Shown here piece by piece: positions 62,428 through 64,000 of a stretch of 64,000 nt of DNA (positions are counted from its first letter, which is position 1; every line of letters starts with the position of its first letter). The stretch comes from Gemmatales bacterium (GTDB lineage: Bacteria > Planctomycetota > Planctomycetia > Gemmatales > HRBIN36): positions 1,088,001 to 1,152,000 of the forward strand of contig JBEPZY010000001.1 of the NCBI GenBank assembly GCA_041640595.1. Direction: 5' to 3'. The notes beneath the pieces are model-generated. The model ran no database searches and was not told where the DNA came from. It was given only the letters and a program-made list of their open reading frames with translations. The position numbers and the translations under genes are program-made.

Positions 62428-62455
62428 TTGACAATGTTTGCTGCTCTCGTAAAGT
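62428..62455 (+). promoter_or_regulatory. Putative sigma-70 promoter
   Basis: TTGACA-N16-TAAAGT about 70 bp upstream of the second DUF1559 gene. Confidence 0.5.
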
Positions 62456-62525
62456 CTCCGCAGGGGTCTGTGCACAGAGTTAGGGAATCGGGCCAATTCA
62501 CCTATGGCACACAGGAGGGCAAATC

Positions 62526-63539
62526 ATGTCGCAGCGAAGGTACGTTTGCCGCTGGGGATTTTCGGTGCTGGACCTGCTTGCGATGGTGGCGCTATTGCTT
62601 TTGTTTATGGCGCTGATGCTACCGGCAATCATGCGGGTGCGTGGCGCTGCTAACCGGATGAAATGCAGTAACAACCTCTCGCAGAGTGCGCTGGCATTCT
62701 GGAACTACCATAACGATTACAACATTTTCCCCAGCGGTGGCGGTCATGCCGAACAGGGTCGCGCTTACAGTTCCGCAGGGAAGACCGAACGGAACCCTCC
62801 GCTTGGTGGCAAACTGCCAGACGGAGCCCAGGTGGTTCCCGCTCCGTCTCAGGAATGGGGTTGGGCTTATCAGATTCTGCCCTACGTGGAACAGCATCAA
62901 GTCTATCGCAAGACCAGCGACGACGAAATCCGCCAGACGGTGATACCGATTTATTTCTGCCCGGAGCGGCGCAAGCCTGGCGTCAACGAAAAGAATGCCC
63001 GCGGATTGACGATGGCCGGGATTGATTACGCTGGCAACGGTGGTGTCACCGGCCCGGCCCAGAAGGTGGACTGGCTCAAGCAGGCACGTTACGCGCCGCC
63101 CTTTGGTGATTACACCGCCTGCGGTATGGTCATTCGCAGTTCCCACTGGTACCCGGAGAAAGGCCCGAAACTGCGAGCTGTTTCTCTCGATGGCGGAGTC
63201 CCTGACGGGGTCAGCAACACTTTGTTGCTGGCGGAAAAACGGATGCAGGTGGGGAAAATCAATCAAAATCCCGGCAACGATGACTGGAGTTTTGTGGACG
63301 GTTGGGGCAACGACACGATCGTGCGTTACCATCCCGAAGATGAGAAACTCAAACCGATGCGGGACAATCGTGATCCGGTGCCAGACTTTGCAATGGGTTC
63401 GCCCCATCTCGAAGCTTTCATCGCTGTTTTCACCGATCGGTCCGTTCGGCGTATTCGTTACAACGCCAAGCCGGAAGCCCTGGCGGCAATAATGATCCGC
63501 GACGATGGCATGGTCTTACAATGGCAGGATTTGGAGTAA
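62526..63539 (+). CDS. DUF1559 protein with degenerate prepilin motif
   Basis: GFSVLDLL, NRMKCSNNL, WAYQILPY and DGVSNT motifs. Confidence 0.9.
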   Translation: MSQRRYVCRWGFSVLDLLAMVALLLLFMALMLPAIMRVRGAANRMKCSNNLSQSALAFWNYHNDYNIFPSGGGHAEQGRAYSSAGKTERNPPLGGKLPDGAQVVPAPSQEWGWAYQILPYVEQHQVYRKTSDDEIRQTVIPIYFCPERRKPGVNEKNARGLTMAGIDYAGNGGVTGPAQKVDWLKQARYAPPFGDYTACGMVIRSSHWYPEKGPKLRAVSLDGGVPDGVSNTLLLAEKRMQVGKINQNPGNDDWSFVDGWGNDTIVRYHPEDEKLKPMRDNRDPVPDFAMGSPHLEAFIAVFTDRSVRRIRYNAKPEALAAIMIRDDGMVLQWQDLE

Positions 63540-63791
63540 TTAGGCGCATTTCGGCAGGAACAACTCGCTGCTCCATTACTCCCGTGTGCGGATGAAATAA
63601 GCGCTGCCGTTGGAGGTTTTTGCAGGGCCGCTGCTGTGCCGACACGCTCTTCGCACATCAAACATTGTTGTTTCCGGTCACTACTGGCCAACCCTACGCG
63701 GAATCCATTGCGAGAGTGGGCTAACGCGTTTCCAAACAGCAATTGCTCCAAGTGATGCTGGGCACCCCTGGTTTTGCCAGCTATTGGGCGA

Positions 63792-64000
63792 CTACGCACG
63801 GGGAATGAGGTGGATACTGCTGGCTTTGACAAGAGCGGTGACGGATTGCCCCGGGTGGAGTGCGAGAGCATCCGCGGCCGCGCGAGTAACTATAGCCGTC
63901 AGCGAAAAGCCAGCATCGAGCTGAACCCGAATGAGCTGGCCCGCCGACTCCAGACCGGTCACCGTGGCCGGTAACAAGTTGCGATCACTCACATCGGTCG
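63792..64000 (-). CDS. C-terminal TOBE/Mop domain, probably ModC-like; gene runs off the window edge
   Basis: SDRNLLPATV...LTAIVTRAAADALALHPGQSVTALVKA. Confidence 0.8.
   Translation of the reverse strand, partial: TDVSDRNLLPATVTGLESAGQLIRVQLDAGFSLTAIVTRAAADALALHPGQSVTALVKASSIHLIPRA

Overview
GC-rich bacterial chromosomal DNA. It is most likely Planctomycetota, judged from two DUF1559 prepilin-like genes, a PVC-type CxxCH heme protein and several large secreted hypotheticals. The content is mostly housekeeping and metabolic. From left to right: a truncated TdeIII-like restriction endonuclease, an orphan RND pump, an ion antiporter, a sigma-70 paralog, TPR-YggX and PSP1-like genes, tpx, a lipid A acyltransferase, an ECF sigma/anti-sigma pair, ftsY-nusB, modAB, an M48 protease-archease-rtcB cluster, rpmA-rplM-rpsI, dcd-nrdJ under tandem NrdR boxes, a GGQ release-factor-like gene, a Tat-exported three-subunit Mo-hydroxylase, kdsD followed by a giant Lpt-like protein, tRNA-Ser(CGA), several peptidases and oxidoreductases, ugd, frameshifted prfB and a truncated TOBE-domain gene. 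I found no integrase, transposase, cas gene or CRISPR array. The most notable unexplained signal is a roughly 190-nt multi-hairpin element closed by a long terminal stem, lying between archease and rtcB. All calls come from reading motifs by eye; no searches or folding programs were run.
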